Below are positions 20,715-32,145 of a stretch of 64,000 bases of DNA, in pieces (the stretch's first letter is position 1; each line of letters begins with the position of its first letter). The DNA is taken from the NCBI GenBank assembly GCA_043818835.1, contig JBDRFK010000010.1, positions 9,507 through 73,506 on the forward strand, given 5' to 3'. Under the pieces are notes generated by a model. That model had not been told where the DNA came from and did not search any database. It worked only from the letters and a program-made list of their open reading frames with translations. Origin of the DNA: a bacterium (GTDB lineage Bacteria; Patescibacteriota; Minisyncoccia; Portnoybacterales; UBA2143). The translations under genes and the position numbers were made by a program.

Positions 20715-20755
20715 GGCGACCAAGAAAGCAAAAAAACTTGCTCTTGGTCGCTTTT
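20715..20755 (+). terminator. Intrinsic terminator closing the precursor-rSAM-PqqD unit
   Basis: GCGACCAAGA...TCTTGGTCGC followed by a T-run. Confidence 0.7.
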
Positions 20756-20774
20756 CGTTTTATCATATATAAAT

Positions 20775-21377
20775 ATGAGTGTTAATTTTTTATCATCAAA
20801 AAAACAGGAATTAGAAAAACTTTTAGATATTTATGATGAATATCAATGGTTTATTGATAACGATTTTCCTATTTTTTTGCCTAAATTTTATAATAAATTG
20901 TATTTACAGACGAAAGACAATAAAAAGGAATTTAAAGAAAAATTAATTTTAGAGTTTAATAAGATTTATGATAAAAATATTTATCAAGAGAAAAAAGAAA
21001 TTGCCAAGAATCAATGGCAAAAGGTTGAAAAAGATTTTTTTAATGTTTTAATAAAACTTGGCTTGAAGCTTGAAAAAGATTATTTTTGCTATATTTCATT
21101 ATATGGACCAGAAGGACAATTCTATTATCCAGAGACAATTAATATTAGGATACTTATCGATAAAGATATTAAAGAGGTTGGTGTCACCATTGCTCATGAA
21201 ATAATTCATCTTGCGATATTTAATAAAGTTCAAAAATTAAAATTGAGCTATGATCAGATTGAGGAGATTGTAGATTTATTTTTTACAGAAACCAAACTCA
21301 AAAATATTTTTCCCGATTATAAGCTACAAAATATAGCTGTGCATGATAAAAAATTGCTTGAAGAGATATTAATTTAA
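20775..21377 (+). CDS. Hypothetical protein with HExxH metallopeptidase-like motif
   Basis: TIAHEIIHL; ATG at 20775 just after the terminator is the likely start. Confidence 0.7.
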   Translation: MSVNFLSSKKQELEKLLDIYDEYQWFIDNDFPIFLPKFYNKLYLQTKDNKKEFKEKLILEFNKIYDKNIYQEKKEIAKNQWQKVEKDFFNVLIKLGLKLEKDYFCYISLYGPEGQFYYPETINIRILIDKDIKEVGVTIAHEIIHLAIFNKVQKLKLSYDQIEEIVDLFFTETKLKNIFPDYKLQNIAVHDKKLLEEILI

Positions 21378-21435
21378 GTAATAAAAAAATATTTTTCTTG
21401 CAATTATAAGCGTTGCAATTTTTTTATTTAAATAT

Positions 21436-21864
21436 GTGATTAACAAAATTTTACAACAAAAAATATTAAAAATGGAAAAGGAAGACCAAGAATTGCGAGA
21501 GAAAGCTATAAAAGATAATCAAAATAAAAAATTAATTAAAGCTGTTTATGATTGCGATACCAGAAATATAAGAGAAGCTAAAAAGATAATAGAAAAATAT
21601 GGTTATCCGATTTTTAGTCTTGTGGGCAAAAAAGCGTCTTATGGTTTTTGGCGAATAATCCAACATGCCGACAGAGATGTTAAATTTCAAAAAAAATGTC
21701 TTAAATTGCTTGAAGAGGCAGTTGGTAAAAAAGAGGCATATAAAAAAAATTTAGAATTTTTGACAGATAGAATAATGATTATGGAAAAAGGAAAACAAAA
21801 ATACGGAACGCAATTTATGTATGATAAAAAAGGAAATTTGGTTAAATATCCTTTGATTAAATAA
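21436..21864 (+). CDS. DUF6624-like hypothetical protein
   Basis: M.KEDQELR...IIEKYGYP...VG...IIQHAD...L.DRI....G.QKYGTQF. Confidence 0.75.
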   Translation: MINKILQQKILKMEKEDQELREKAIKDNQNKKLIKAVYDCDTRNIREAKKIIEKYGYPIFSLVGKKASYGFWRIIQHADRDVKFQKKCLKLLEEAVGKKEAYKKNLEFLTDRIMIMEKGKQKYGTQFMYDKKGNLVKYPLIK

Positions 21865-21867
21865 TTT

Positions 21868-22470
21868 ATGAATCAATCTATTGATCAATATCTAAAATCG
21901 GCTAAAAAAGAATTAGATGATTTTTTTGGTATTGATGTGGATTTGCCAGAAGTTTGTTTTATTAACTCTCGAAAACACTATGACGAGATGATGGGTTGGA
22001 AAACAGAAGAATATATGGTCGGACACGCCAAGGATGGCAAAATATATATTCTACATCCAGATATTTATGTTCAAGAATCAAGCCATAAAAGCATTGATAG
22101 CTTTTGGAAAGTATTAAAACATGAATATTGCCATATATATTTTAGAACTATAACAACTATAACAAAGATAGGGTATCCCAAATGGCTTAATGAGGGATTG
22201 GCTTCTTATCTTACAGGTTAAGAAAAAGACGAACCAAAAGAAGAGGATAAATTTAAAATCTTTTACTATTTTCAAAAAAATGATTGGCAGACAGGGATAA
22301 TAGGGTATTATTGGGTTAAGTTATTGATAGATAAATTTGGCAAAGATAAATTATTGGGATTATTAAAATCTTTGCATCTCGATATTACAGAAGAAGAATT
22401 TTCGGAGAGTTTTAAGAATGTTTATAAAGTTGATTTTTCGGAGGAGGGGTTAAAAAAACTCCTTATTTAA
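21868..22470 (+). pseudogene. Peptidase MA-like (gluzincin-type) gene with internal TAA at 22219-22221
   Basis: LKHEYCH and PKWLNEGLASY; frame stays open 82 codons after the stop (...LLIDKFGKDKLLGLL...F..SFKNVY). Confidence 0.75.
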
Positions 22471-22818
22471 TTTTAGAAGATTCCCAAGGGCTGATATAAA
22501 ATTATAACTTTCTGCATATTTTATGAAATTTCTTTGTTCTTCAATAGTATTTAGAGCCTCGGCATATCGCTTAAAATTATCTATGCTTTTGCCCATATTT
22601 TGATTATCAATTGATTGACTAGTTAATTGGAATATTCTTTTTGATAATTGTTCTGCAACCGGCAGTGTTTGTTTTATCTTTTTAGTATGTAATAGCAGTC
22701 TCTTCCTTTCTTTTTTAGAAAATAGGAATATCAAAAAAACAATTGGCACTGTTCCTCCAATTACAGTAAAAAAAGAATAAATTAAAGGTACTATCATGTT
22801 GTTTAAAATAAATTGCAT
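22450..22818 (-). CDS. Hypothetical membrane protein, possibly 5'-truncated
   Basis: One TM helix; the reading frame stays open upstream into the tRNA-Asp 3' end. Confidence 0.55.
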   Translation of the reverse strand: MQFILNNMIVPLIYSFFTVIGGTVPIVFLIFLFSKKERKRLLLHTKKIKQTLPVAEQLSKRIFQLTSQSIDNQNMGKSIDNFKRYAEALNTIEEQRNFIKYAESYNFISALGNLLKLNKEFF

Positions 22819-22878
22819 AACACCAATCTCAAAAAAAACACTATATTTAAATGTTCCTATAATAAAATAAACTAGTTG

Positions 22879-22952
22879 CGGGGCCGATGGGATTTGAACC
22901 CACGATCTTCTGCGTGACAGGCAGACGCATTAGGCCACTATGCTACGACCCC
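22879..22952 (-). tRNA. tRNA-Asp (GTC)
   Basis: GGGGTCG/CGGCCCC acceptor, TCTGC-CTGTCAC-GCAGA anticodon arm, GTTCAAATC T-loop; CCA not encoded. Confidence 0.96.
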
Positions 22953-22971
22953 AATGATATTTAGTTTTCAG

Positions 22972-23046
22972 TAGCGGCGGAGGGACTCGAACCCCCGACC
23001 TGAAGTTTATGATTCTTCCGCTCTAAACCAACTGAGCTACGCCGCC
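22972..23046 (-). tRNA. tRNA with CAT anticodon (elongator Met; Ile2 not excluded)
   Basis: GGCGGCG acceptor, TAGCTCAGTTGG D-arm, ATCATAA loop, GTTCGAGTC T-loop. Confidence 0.9.
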
Positions 23047-23103
23047 ATAAAACTATTCCAAATCTTGATTTGGTAAACAACTAATGATATTTATAAAATA
23101 CTT

Positions 23104-23178
<75 letters not shown>

Positions 23179-23259
23179 ATAATATATTAGATTATATCAT
23201 AAACTGTCTTATATGCAAGGGGAATATTGGTATATATGAATGGTGAGATTAATTAAATT

Positions 23260-23365
23260 GTCATTGCGAGCGAGGCAATCCCGTAAGATAAGTAACTATA
23301 CTACTATTTTACACATTTGCCACGAGATTGCCACGTCGCTCACTGTGTTTGCTCCTCGCAATGAC
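23260..23365. repeat. GTCATT...AATGAC palindromic element (intergenic)
   Basis: GTCATTGCGAG...GCAATCCCGT...ACGAGATTGC...CTCGCAATGAC. Confidence 0.88.
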
Positions 23366-23441
23366 AAGACAAAGTTAATTTTGTTATTCACGGTTTAGCA
23401 ACTTGTTATTGGCAATAAAATATAGTAAAATATAAACAGAT

Positions 23442-23819
23442 ATGAAGATGTCCGCTTTTTTAATTGGTGTAATATTAACAACATTATTAGCGCTGGTAGC
23501 GTTGATGGGTATTTTGGTATATTTAGAGCCATTAGCCTCGGATGTTTTGATAATGTCTTTATTCTATTTAAGTCTATTTGTCAGCGCTTCTGGGCTGTTA
23601 TCTTTAGTGGGTATTATTGTTCGGCGTATTTCTCGCAAGTCACGAACGACATTGTCTATCAATTGTCAATTATGGGATTCATTTCGTCAAGGTGTTTTTT
23701 TGGCTGTGATTTTGATTGGTTCTTTATTGATGCAAAGTAATGGTTTGGCTTGTTGGTGGAGTTTGTTAGTTTTGGTTGGCATGGTTGGTTTATTGGAATT
23801 TATATTTTTAAGAAGATAA
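23442..23819 (+). CDS. Hypothetical membrane protein (about 4 TM helices)
   Basis: Hydrophobic helices; SFRQG motif. Confidence 0.8.
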   Translation: MKMSAFLIGVILTTLLALVALMGILVYLEPLASDVLIMSLFYLSLFVSASGLLSLVGIIVRRISRKSRTTLSINCQLWDSFRQGVFLAVILIGSLLMQSNGLACWWSLLVLVGMVGLLEFIFLRR

Positions 23820-23821
23820 TT

Positions 23822-24799
23822 ATGCTGAAAGATATTAAGCAAAATTTCATAAGCGATTTTAAAAAGGCTAAAGATTTAGTCGGTCTTGACGATCTTTATA
23901 ACAAATACCTTGGACGAAAAGGAGAGTTAACTGATTTTTTAAAGTCATTGAAAGATTTATCAAAAGACAAGCGGGCGAAACAAGGTCAAGAAGCAAATTT
24001 GTTAAAAAAAGAAATAGAACAACAGATTGAAGATAAAAAAAACGAATTAGTAACTTCAGGACATAAATCACAAAAAAAAGATTGGATTGATGTGACTGTT
24101 CCTGGTGTCTTGCCTGTGCAAGGCCATTTGCATCCGATTACATTGGTACAACGGCAGATAGAGGATATTTTCAGTTCTATGGGATTTGAAATAGCGTATG
24201 GTCCGGAAGTAGAAAGCGAACATTATAATTTTGATGCCTTAAATATTCCAAAAGACCATCCAGCACGCGATATGTGGGATACTTTTTGGTTGAAGGATAT
24301 TCCAATGCTTTTGAGGACTCATACATCACCGGTACAAGCGCGTTATATGGAAAAGAATAATCCGCCTTTACGAATTATTGTCCCTGGAAAAGTTTTTCGT
24401 CACGAAGCAACAGATGCTTCTCATGATGCTCAGTTTTATCAAGCGGAAGGGTTAATGGTTGGCAAAGAAGTCTCGGTGGCAAATTTCCGAGCAATTATTG
24501 AAGAATTTTTAAGAAGATTTTTTGGAGAGGAAGCGATAATTAGATTACGTCCAAGTTATTTTCCATTTACCGAGCCGAGTTTTGAAATTGATGTTAAACG
24601 TCCAAAAGGTGATTGGTTAGAAATTATGGGCGCGGGCATGGTTCATCCTAATGTTTTTAAGGCGGTTGGCTATGATCAAAAAAAATGGAAGGGTTTTGCT
24701 TTCGGTGTTGGTTTGGATAGGCTAGCAATGTTAAAATACAAGATAGATGATATTCGTTTATTTCATTCAGGGGATTTAAGATTTATAGATCAGTTTTAA
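23822..24799 (+). CDS. pheS: Phenylalanine--tRNA ligase alpha subunit
   Basis: GHLHPIT, HPARDMWDTF, LRTHTS, YFPFTEPS, GFAFGVGLDR. Confidence 0.98.
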   Translation: MLKDIKQNFISDFKKAKDLVGLDDLYNKYLGRKGELTDFLKSLKDLSKDKRAKQGQEANLLKKEIEQQIEDKKNELVTSGHKSQKKDWIDVTVPGVLPVQGHLHPITLVQRQIEDIFSSMGFEIAYGPEVESEHYNFDALNIPKDHPARDMWDTFWLKDIPMLLRTHTSPVQARYMEKNNPPLRIIVPGKVFRHEATDASHDAQFYQAEGLMVGKEVSVANFRAIIEEFLRRFFGEEAIIRLRPSYFPFTEPSFEIDVKRPKGDWLEIMGAGMVHPNVFKAVGYDQKKWKGFAFGVGLDRLAMLKYKIDDIRLFHSGDLRFIDQF

Positions 24800-24802
24800 A
24801 AT

Positions 24803-26869
24803 ATGAAAATATCATATAATTGGTTACAAGATTTAATAGAAGAAAAATTACCTAATTCAGAAAAACTGGCTGATTTGTTGTCTATACGTTCTTTTGAAAT
24901 TGAATTAGCTGAAAAGAAAGACAAAGATTATATTCTCGATGTTGATGTGTTGCCAAATCGCGCTCATGATTGTTTTAGTCATCAAGGTATTGCGCGAGAA
25001 GTGGCGGCGATTTTGAAATTAAATTTGAAGACAACAGATTATTCTAAAATAATCAAAAACAAAGATGGACTAGTTAAAAATATTTTGAATGTTGAAATTA
25101 AGAATAAGGATTTATGCCGTCGTTATACAGCATGCGTATTAAATAATGTCAAAATTGAACCATCATCAAAATTAATACAGAGTCGTCTAATTGCTTGTGG
25201 CCTAAAGCCAATTAATAATATTGTTGATATTACTAATTATGTAATGTTGGAAACGGGACAGCCGATGCATGCTTTTGATGCAGATAAAATATCAGAAAAT
25301 AGGTTGGGACAAAAAAATATTGTTGTTCGCAGGGCTCAAAAAGGTGAAAAAATTAAAACTTTGGATGGTAGTGAATATGATTTAGACGATAATATTCTAT
25401 TGATTGCTGATATTAAAAATCCTCTTTGTATTGCTGGAATTAAAGGAGGAACAGTCTCCGAGATTAACAACAATACTAAAAATATAATTTTGGAAGCGGC
25501 TAATTTTGAGCCAACATTTACGAGGCGCGCTTCTCAAAAATTAAAATTGCGTACAGATGCATCATTACGATTTGAACACGATCTTGATCCAAATTTAACA
25601 AAAGAGGCGATTGATATGGCTGTTTATTTAATTGACGATTTAGCTGGTGGAAGTGTTGTCGGCGATATATTTGATGTTTATCCAAAAAAAGTATTGCCAA
25701 AAAAGATTGTTTTGAATTTGAATGATGTTAATTCTTTATTAGGTGTAACTATTTCTATTAAACAGGTATCTGATATTTTGAAGCGATTAGGTTTTAAGTT
25801 CCAAGTTTTAAGTTCCAAGTTTCAAGTTGAGGTTCCGACCAAGAGAATTGATGTTTCTATTCCAGAAGATTTGATTGAAGAAATCGGACGTATTTATGGG
25901 TATGAAAATATTTCCAGTCAATTTCCGAATGCAGCTTTAATACCGCCAACGACCAATGAAGATGTTGTTTATCAAAATAAGATTAGAAATATTTTGATTG
26001 GGTTTGGATTTGACGAAGTGTACAATTATTCTTTTGTTAGTGACGATGCTCTAAAAATGTATAGGAAAAAAATAAACGCAATTGAGGTGGCTAATCCAAT
26101 TAGTCAGGAACAAAAATACTTGCGTCCAAATTTAATCACAAATTTAATCAGGAACATTAAAGATAATGAAAAATATTTTAATGAAATAAAGATTTTTGAA
26201 TTAGGTAGGGTTTTTTGTGGTAATAAATTAAACGTTAAAGAGACTAAGAAAATTGGTGCGGTGATGGTATTGAATAATAAGAAGAATGAGGCGAATAATT
26301 TTTATGAATTAAAGGGTGTTTTGGATTCTTTGTTTAATAAGTTGCGTATTACAGATCAGTGGTATGACGATGTTTTTTCGGATGATATTTTGGTGTCTGA
26401 TTTGTATCATAATGCGCGACGGGCGGAGGTTAAAGTAGGTGATGAATGTTTAGGATGGATTGGTGAGATTAACAATTTGGTTTTATCAAAATTAGGAATA
26501 AAATCTAAAGTAGTTGGTTTTGAATTGTTTTTTGATAAAGTTGCGGAATTGGCAACAGAGGAAAGAATCTATTTGCCACCTTCAAAATATCCTGCTATGG
26601 TAAGAGATATCGCCGTATTGGTAGAGAGAGGAACAAAAGTTGAAGATGTGCTTAATTTGATAAATGTGGTGGGTAGCAGTTTGGTAGTAGATGTAGATTT
26701 GTTTGATATTTACGAGGATGAGCAATCTGGAGATGGGCGTAAAAGTATTGCTTTTCATATAATTTATCAGTCAGATGAGCATAATTTAACAGATAAAGAG
26801 GTTAACGAAGTGCAGAAAAAAATTGTTAAAGTTTTAGAAGACGAAGGCGGTTGGGATGTTCGGAAATAG
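24803..26869 (+). CDS. pheT: Phenylalanine--tRNA ligase beta subunit (short form)
   Basis: MKISYNWL, PNRAHD, NNIVDITNYV, EDLIEEIGRIYGY, FDX-ACB C-terminus; B2 domain appears absent. Confidence 0.97.
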   Translation: MKISYNWLQDLIEEKLPNSEKLADLLSIRSFEIELAEKKDKDYILDVDVLPNRAHDCFSHQGIAREVAAILKLNLKTTDYSKIIKNKDGLVKNILNVEIKNKDLCRRYTACVLNNVKIEPSSKLIQSRLIACGLKPINNIVDITNYVMLETGQPMHAFDADKISENRLGQKNIVVRRAQKGEKIKTLDGSEYDLDDNILLIADIKNPLCIAGIKGGTVSEINNNTKNIILEAANFEPTFTRRASQKLKLRTDASLRFEHDLDPNLTKEAIDMAVYLIDDLAGGSVVGDIFDVYPKKVLPKKIVLNLNDVNSLLGVTISIKQVSDILKRLGFKFQVLSSKFQVEVPTKRIDVSIPEDLIEEIGRIYGYENISSQFPNAALIPPTTNEDVVYQNKIRNILIGFGFDEVYNYSFVSDDALKMYRKKINAIEVANPISQEQKYLRPNLITNLIRNIKDNEKYFNEIKIFELGRVFCGNKLNVKETKKIGAVMVLNNKKNEANNFYELKGVLDSLFNKLRITDQWYDDVFSDDILVSDLYHNARRAEVKVGDECLGWIGEINNLVLSKLGIKSKVVGFELFFDKVAELATEERIYLPPSKYPAMVRDIAVLVERGTKVEDVLNLINVVGSSLVVDVDLFDIYEDEQSGDGRKSIAFHIIYQSDEHNLTDKEVNEVQKKIVKVLEDEGGWDVRK

Positions 26870-26878
26870 GTTATTAGT

Positions 26879-28863
<1,985 letters not shown>

Positions 28864-28983
28864 ATAGAGCCTATTGACAGTTATAGTTAAAATGAGATAG
28901 TATTTAAGCAGAAATTAAAGCCCTGCGGGGCTTTTAAAAAACTTTTATTTTTCGCCGAGAGGCTAAAAACTTTGATTTTTAAT

Positions 28984-29187
28984 ATGAAAGTTAAAATTAG
29001 TCAATTACCTAAAAAAGCAGTAGAATTTATTAGAGAGGTTTATGTCGAGTTAAAGAAAGTTACTTGGCTGACCAGAAAAGAAACGATTAAATACACTTTG
29101 ATTGTCATTGGTGTTAGTTTAGTTTTAGCTATGTTTTTAGGCGGTTGGGATTTCTTCTTTTCTTGGTTATTAGGAAAAATGATATAA
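28984..29187 (+). CDS. secE: Preprotein translocase subunit SecE
   Basis: EFIREVYVELKKVTW plus one TM helix; upstream of nusG. Confidence 0.93.
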   Translation: MKVKISQLPKKAVEFIREVYVELKKVTWLTRKETIKYTLIVIGVSLVLAMFLGGWDFFFSWLLGKMI

Positions 29188-29189
29188 AT

Positions 29190-29284
29190 GTTAAAATTGT
29201 TCAATTTGTTAGAATGATTAAATTTTTTTGCTTGATAATCTTGATAACATTTTAACAGCTTGAACAAATCTAACAAAGCGAACA
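29190..29284. repeat. Degenerate 9-bp tandem-repeat arrays in inverted arrangement
   Basis: TGTTAAAAT TGTTCAATT TGTTAGAAT ... AACATTTT AACAGCTTG AACAAATCT AACAAAGCG AACA. Confidence 0.55.
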
Positions 29285-29311
29285 TAGTGAGCGATATAAC
29301 AAATAACACTT

Positions 29312-29854
29312 ATGCCAAAACAAGTTCAACAAGGAAAAAATTGGTACGTCTTGCATACATATGCTGGTTATGAAGAAGCGGTGGCGCGTAATTTGCGTCA
29401 ACGTATTGAGTCTATGGGAATGGAAGATAAGATTTTTAATGTATTAGTGCCAACCGAAAAAAAGATTAAAATTAAGGGTGGAAAACGTCATGTGGTTGAG
29501 GAAAAGGTTTATCCGGGCTATGTATTAGTAGAAATGATTGTAACGGATGATTCTTGGTATGTAGTGCGAAATACCCCACGTGTAACTGGTTTTATTGGCG
29601 CAGGTACTGTGCCAACACCAATCTCTAAGGAAGAAATTGAATCTTTGCAAAAACGAATGGGTGTTGAAGAACCAAAATACAAAATTGATGTTAAGGTTGG
29701 CGACGCAGTCAAAATTGTTGATGGACCATTTAAAGACTTTGACGGTAAAATAGCTGAAATTGATGAGAAGAGAGGAAAGATTAAAGTTTTGGTCTCTATG
29801 TTCGGACGCGAAACTCCAGTTGAGTTAGACTTTTTGCAAATTAAGAAGTTGTAA
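29312..29854 (+). CDS. nusG: Transcription termination/antitermination factor NusG
   Basis: WYVLHTYAGYE, YPGYVLVEM, VRNTPRVTGF, MFGRETPVEL. Confidence 0.98.
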   Translation: MPKQVQQGKNWYVLHTYAGYEEAVARNLRQRIESMGMEDKIFNVLVPTEKKIKIKGGKRHVVEEKVYPGYVLVEMIVTDDSWYVVRNTPRVTGFIGAGTVPTPISKEEIESLQKRMGVEEPKYKIDVKVGDAVKIVDGPFKDFDGKIAEIDEKRGKIKVLVSMFGRETPVELDFLQIKKL

Positions 29855-29862
29855 TATTTACT

Positions 29863-29945
29863 GTCATTGTGAGCGAGCAAAGCGAGCGTGGCAATCTCGT
29901 GTTTTACTGCGAGATTCTTCAGTCGCTTTACTTCTTCAGAATGAC
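29863..29945. repeat. GTCATT...AATGAC element (intergenic, arms from two subtypes)
   Basis: GTCATTGTGAGCGAGCAAAGCGAGCGTGGCAATCTCG...CGAGATTCTTC...CAGAATGAC. Confidence 0.85.
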
Positions 29946-29953
29946 AATACATT

Positions 29954-30379
29954 ATGGCAAAGACAATAAAAACAATTATAAAATTACAGATTAAGGCGGG
30001 ACAGGCAACACCAACGCCTCCTATTGGTCCTGCTTTGGGTCAACATGGTTTGAATATTGGGGACTTTTGTTCCAAATTTAATAATGCGACAAAGGATATA
30101 CAAGGTGATGTTGTTCCCGTTGAAATTACTGTTTACGAGGATAGAACATTTGATTTTAAGTTAAAAACACCGCCTGCTGCAGAATTATTAAAAAGGGCGG
30201 CTGGAATTACCAAGGGTTCTGGTGAATCACAAAAAATTAAGGTTGGAAAGGTGACCAAGGCGCAGATTAAAGAAATTGCTGAAAAGAAAATGGTTGACCT
30301 GAATGCTTACGATGTTAATCAAGCAACTAAGATTATTGAAGGAACTGCCCGTAATATGGGCATTGAAGTACAAGGTTAA
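29954..30379 (+). CDS. rplK: 50S ribosomal protein L11
   Basis: [27 protein letters not shown]; not followed by rplA. Confidence 0.98.
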   Translation: MAKTIKTIIKLQIKAGQATPTPPIGPALGQHGLNIGDFCSKFNNATKDIQGDVVPVEITVYEDRTFDFKLKTPPAAELLKRAAGITKGSGESQKIKVGKVTKAQIKEIAEKKMVDLNAYDVNQATKIIEGTARNMGIEVQG

Positions 30380-30406
30380 AACATTTAAGAATGGGGGAGG
30401 TAAGGA

Positions 30407-30562
30407 ATGATTTATAATCTTTGTATTAAAAAGTTTTGGAATAATCTAGTTAAAAAATTATCTGGAAGAGGGTGCAAGTATGGAATTCCTTTAAGTTCTA
30501 ATTACTTGGGGAAAATGAAAAATCCGAAGAGTATTGCAAAATTTAGTCGGAGGGGTAGGTGA
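30407..30562 (+). CDS. Small basic ORF, 51 aa (MIYNLCIKKFWNNLVKKLSGRGCKYG...FSRRGR)
   Basis: GGGGAGG SD at 30394-30400; ends inside a terminator-like hairpin at 30551-30578. Confidence 0.4.
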   Translation: MIYNLCIKKFWNNLVKKLSGRGCKYGIPLSSNYLGKMKNPKSIAKFSRRGR

Positions 30563-30613
30563 AAACCTGTCCCTTTTTAGTTCTTTGACAATCAAAACAA
30601 AAGGAATGTATGT

Positions 30614-31234
30614 ATGAGTGATAAGAAAATGCATGATATTTTTGGTCCGGGATCAAATCTTGAGGGTCGTGTTTTCAATAATTACGATGAGTTGTTTAAA
30701 ATAGTTGATCATTGTAAGGGTATAGGGTTAAAAATTGTTTTAACTTCTGGAACCTATGATTTGCTTCATATTGGTCATAGCCGTTATCTTGAAGAAGCAA
30801 AAAAACACGGTGATGTTTTAATTATTGGAGTCGATAGTGATGATAAGGTACAATCTCGAAAAGGACCTCATCGACCAATTGTGGGCGAAAAAGAAAGGTT
30901 GGAAATTTTATGCCATTGTCGACATGTTGATTTAGTTTTTTTAAAGGATAAAGATGTTAAACGATGGCATCTCATTGAAACAGTGAGACCAGATGTTCTA
31001 ATTGTTACGGATCGTGTGTATACGGAAGAAGACTTAAACAGCTTGAGAGAATTAGACTATTGTGGAAATATTATTATGCTTAAATCGCAAGCAACCACCT
31101 CAACAACTGCTCGTATTCGAGCTATATTAGTTGATCCAGCTGAAAAGATAAAGAGCAAATTAAAAGATGTTATTGCTGAGGTTTGTAGTTTTTTGGATAC
31201 TTTAACAGGTCGTGACGAAGGAGATAATAATTGA
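30614..31234 (+). CDS. Cytidylyltransferase-family (TagD/RfaE-like) nucleotidyltransferase
   Basis: GTYDLLHIGH, GVDSD...KGPHRP...ER, TSTT. Confidence 0.88.
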   Translation: MSDKKMHDIFGPGSNLEGRVFNNYDELFKIVDHCKGIGLKIVLTSGTYDLLHIGHSRYLEEAKKHGDVLIIGVDSDDKVQSRKGPHRPIVGEKERLEILCHCRHVDLVFLKDKDVKRWHLIETVRPDVLIVTDRVYTEEDLNSLRELDYCGNIIMLKSQATTSTTARIRAILVDPAEKIKSKLKDVIAEVCSFLDTLTGRDEGDNN

Positions 31235-32088
31235 ATAGCAAGAATATTAAAATTATACTAGCTTATATTCCAGTTATTCATAGAGGATATATAGAATTTT
31301 TGAAAAAGTATTGTTGGGATGTTAAAGATCTTTTTATTTTCGGTAAAGATTTGATTAATGAATTTGATCATTTAAAAAGAAAAGATATTCGTGCGTTACC
31401 TCCAGACGGAGTAAAAGATATTATTTCGCATATTACAGAATGTATTATTGTTCGTATTGCTGATAAATCGATTTTGTATAAAATAAACCAGAAAGGTGAT
31501 GTGACTGTAATTATGCCCGATGAAGAGGAATGTCGTGAAGTTGCAGAAAAATATCTTTCAAATTGTGAAATTGAATTTGATAATTCTATTTTTCTTCGTT
31601 GGGATAGAAAAAAAGTTCTTAAAAAGGATAAAGTAACTTGTGATAGAATAATTTCTTTTGACGGATTGGCTGCTAATGTATTATCTTTTGCCGAGAAAGA
31701 AAGCAAGAAAGCATCTAATTGGTGGCGACAAGTAGGTGCAGCAATTGTGAAAGATGGTCAAATAATTTTGTCGGCATATAATCAACACGTGCCACATCAA
31801 CGAGTTCAATGTTTTGAAGGAGATGTTCGCGGACTATTTAAACGTGGATTACACATTGATTTGTCTACTGATTTTCATGCAGAAGCGCAACTTGTCGCTA
31901 TGGCGGCAAAAGAAGGAATATCTCTAAAGAGAACTGATTTATATGTAATGACTTTTCCGTGTCCGCCTTGTGCAAAAATTGTTGCATATTCTGGTATTAA
32001 AAGGTGTTTTTTCAATTCTGGATATGCAATGCTTGATGGTGAAAGAATTTTGAAAGATCAAGGAGTAGAGATAATTTTAGTAAAATAA
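31231..32088 (+). CDS. dCMP/cytidine deaminase-family protein with an extra N-terminal domain
   Basis: C-terminal HAE...PCPPC Zn motif; N-terminal AYIPVIHRGY resembles a degenerate HxGH motif. Confidence 0.85.
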   Translation: MNSKNIKIILAYIPVIHRGYIEFLKKYCWDVKDLFIFGKDLINEFDHLKRKDIRALPPDGVKDIISHITECIIVRIADKSILYKINQKGDVTVIMPDEEECREVAEKYLSNCEIEFDNSIFLRWDRKKVLKKDKVTCDRIISFDGLAANVLSFAEKESKKASNWWRQVGAAIVKDGQIILSAYNQHVPHQRVQCFEGDVRGLFKRGLHIDLSTDFHAEAQLVAMAAKEGISLKRTDLYVMTFPCPPCAKIVAYSGIKRCFFNSGYAMLDGERILKDQGVEIILVK

Positions 32089-32090
32089 AG

Positions 32091-32137
32091 AAGACCCCAC
32101 TATTGAATTTGGCTAACCAAATCTCAAGTGGGGTCTT
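32091..32137. terminator. Bidirectional terminator
   Basis: AAGACCCCACT...AGTGGGGTCTT between convergent genes. Confidence 0.75.
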
Positions 32138-32145
32138 ATTGTTTT

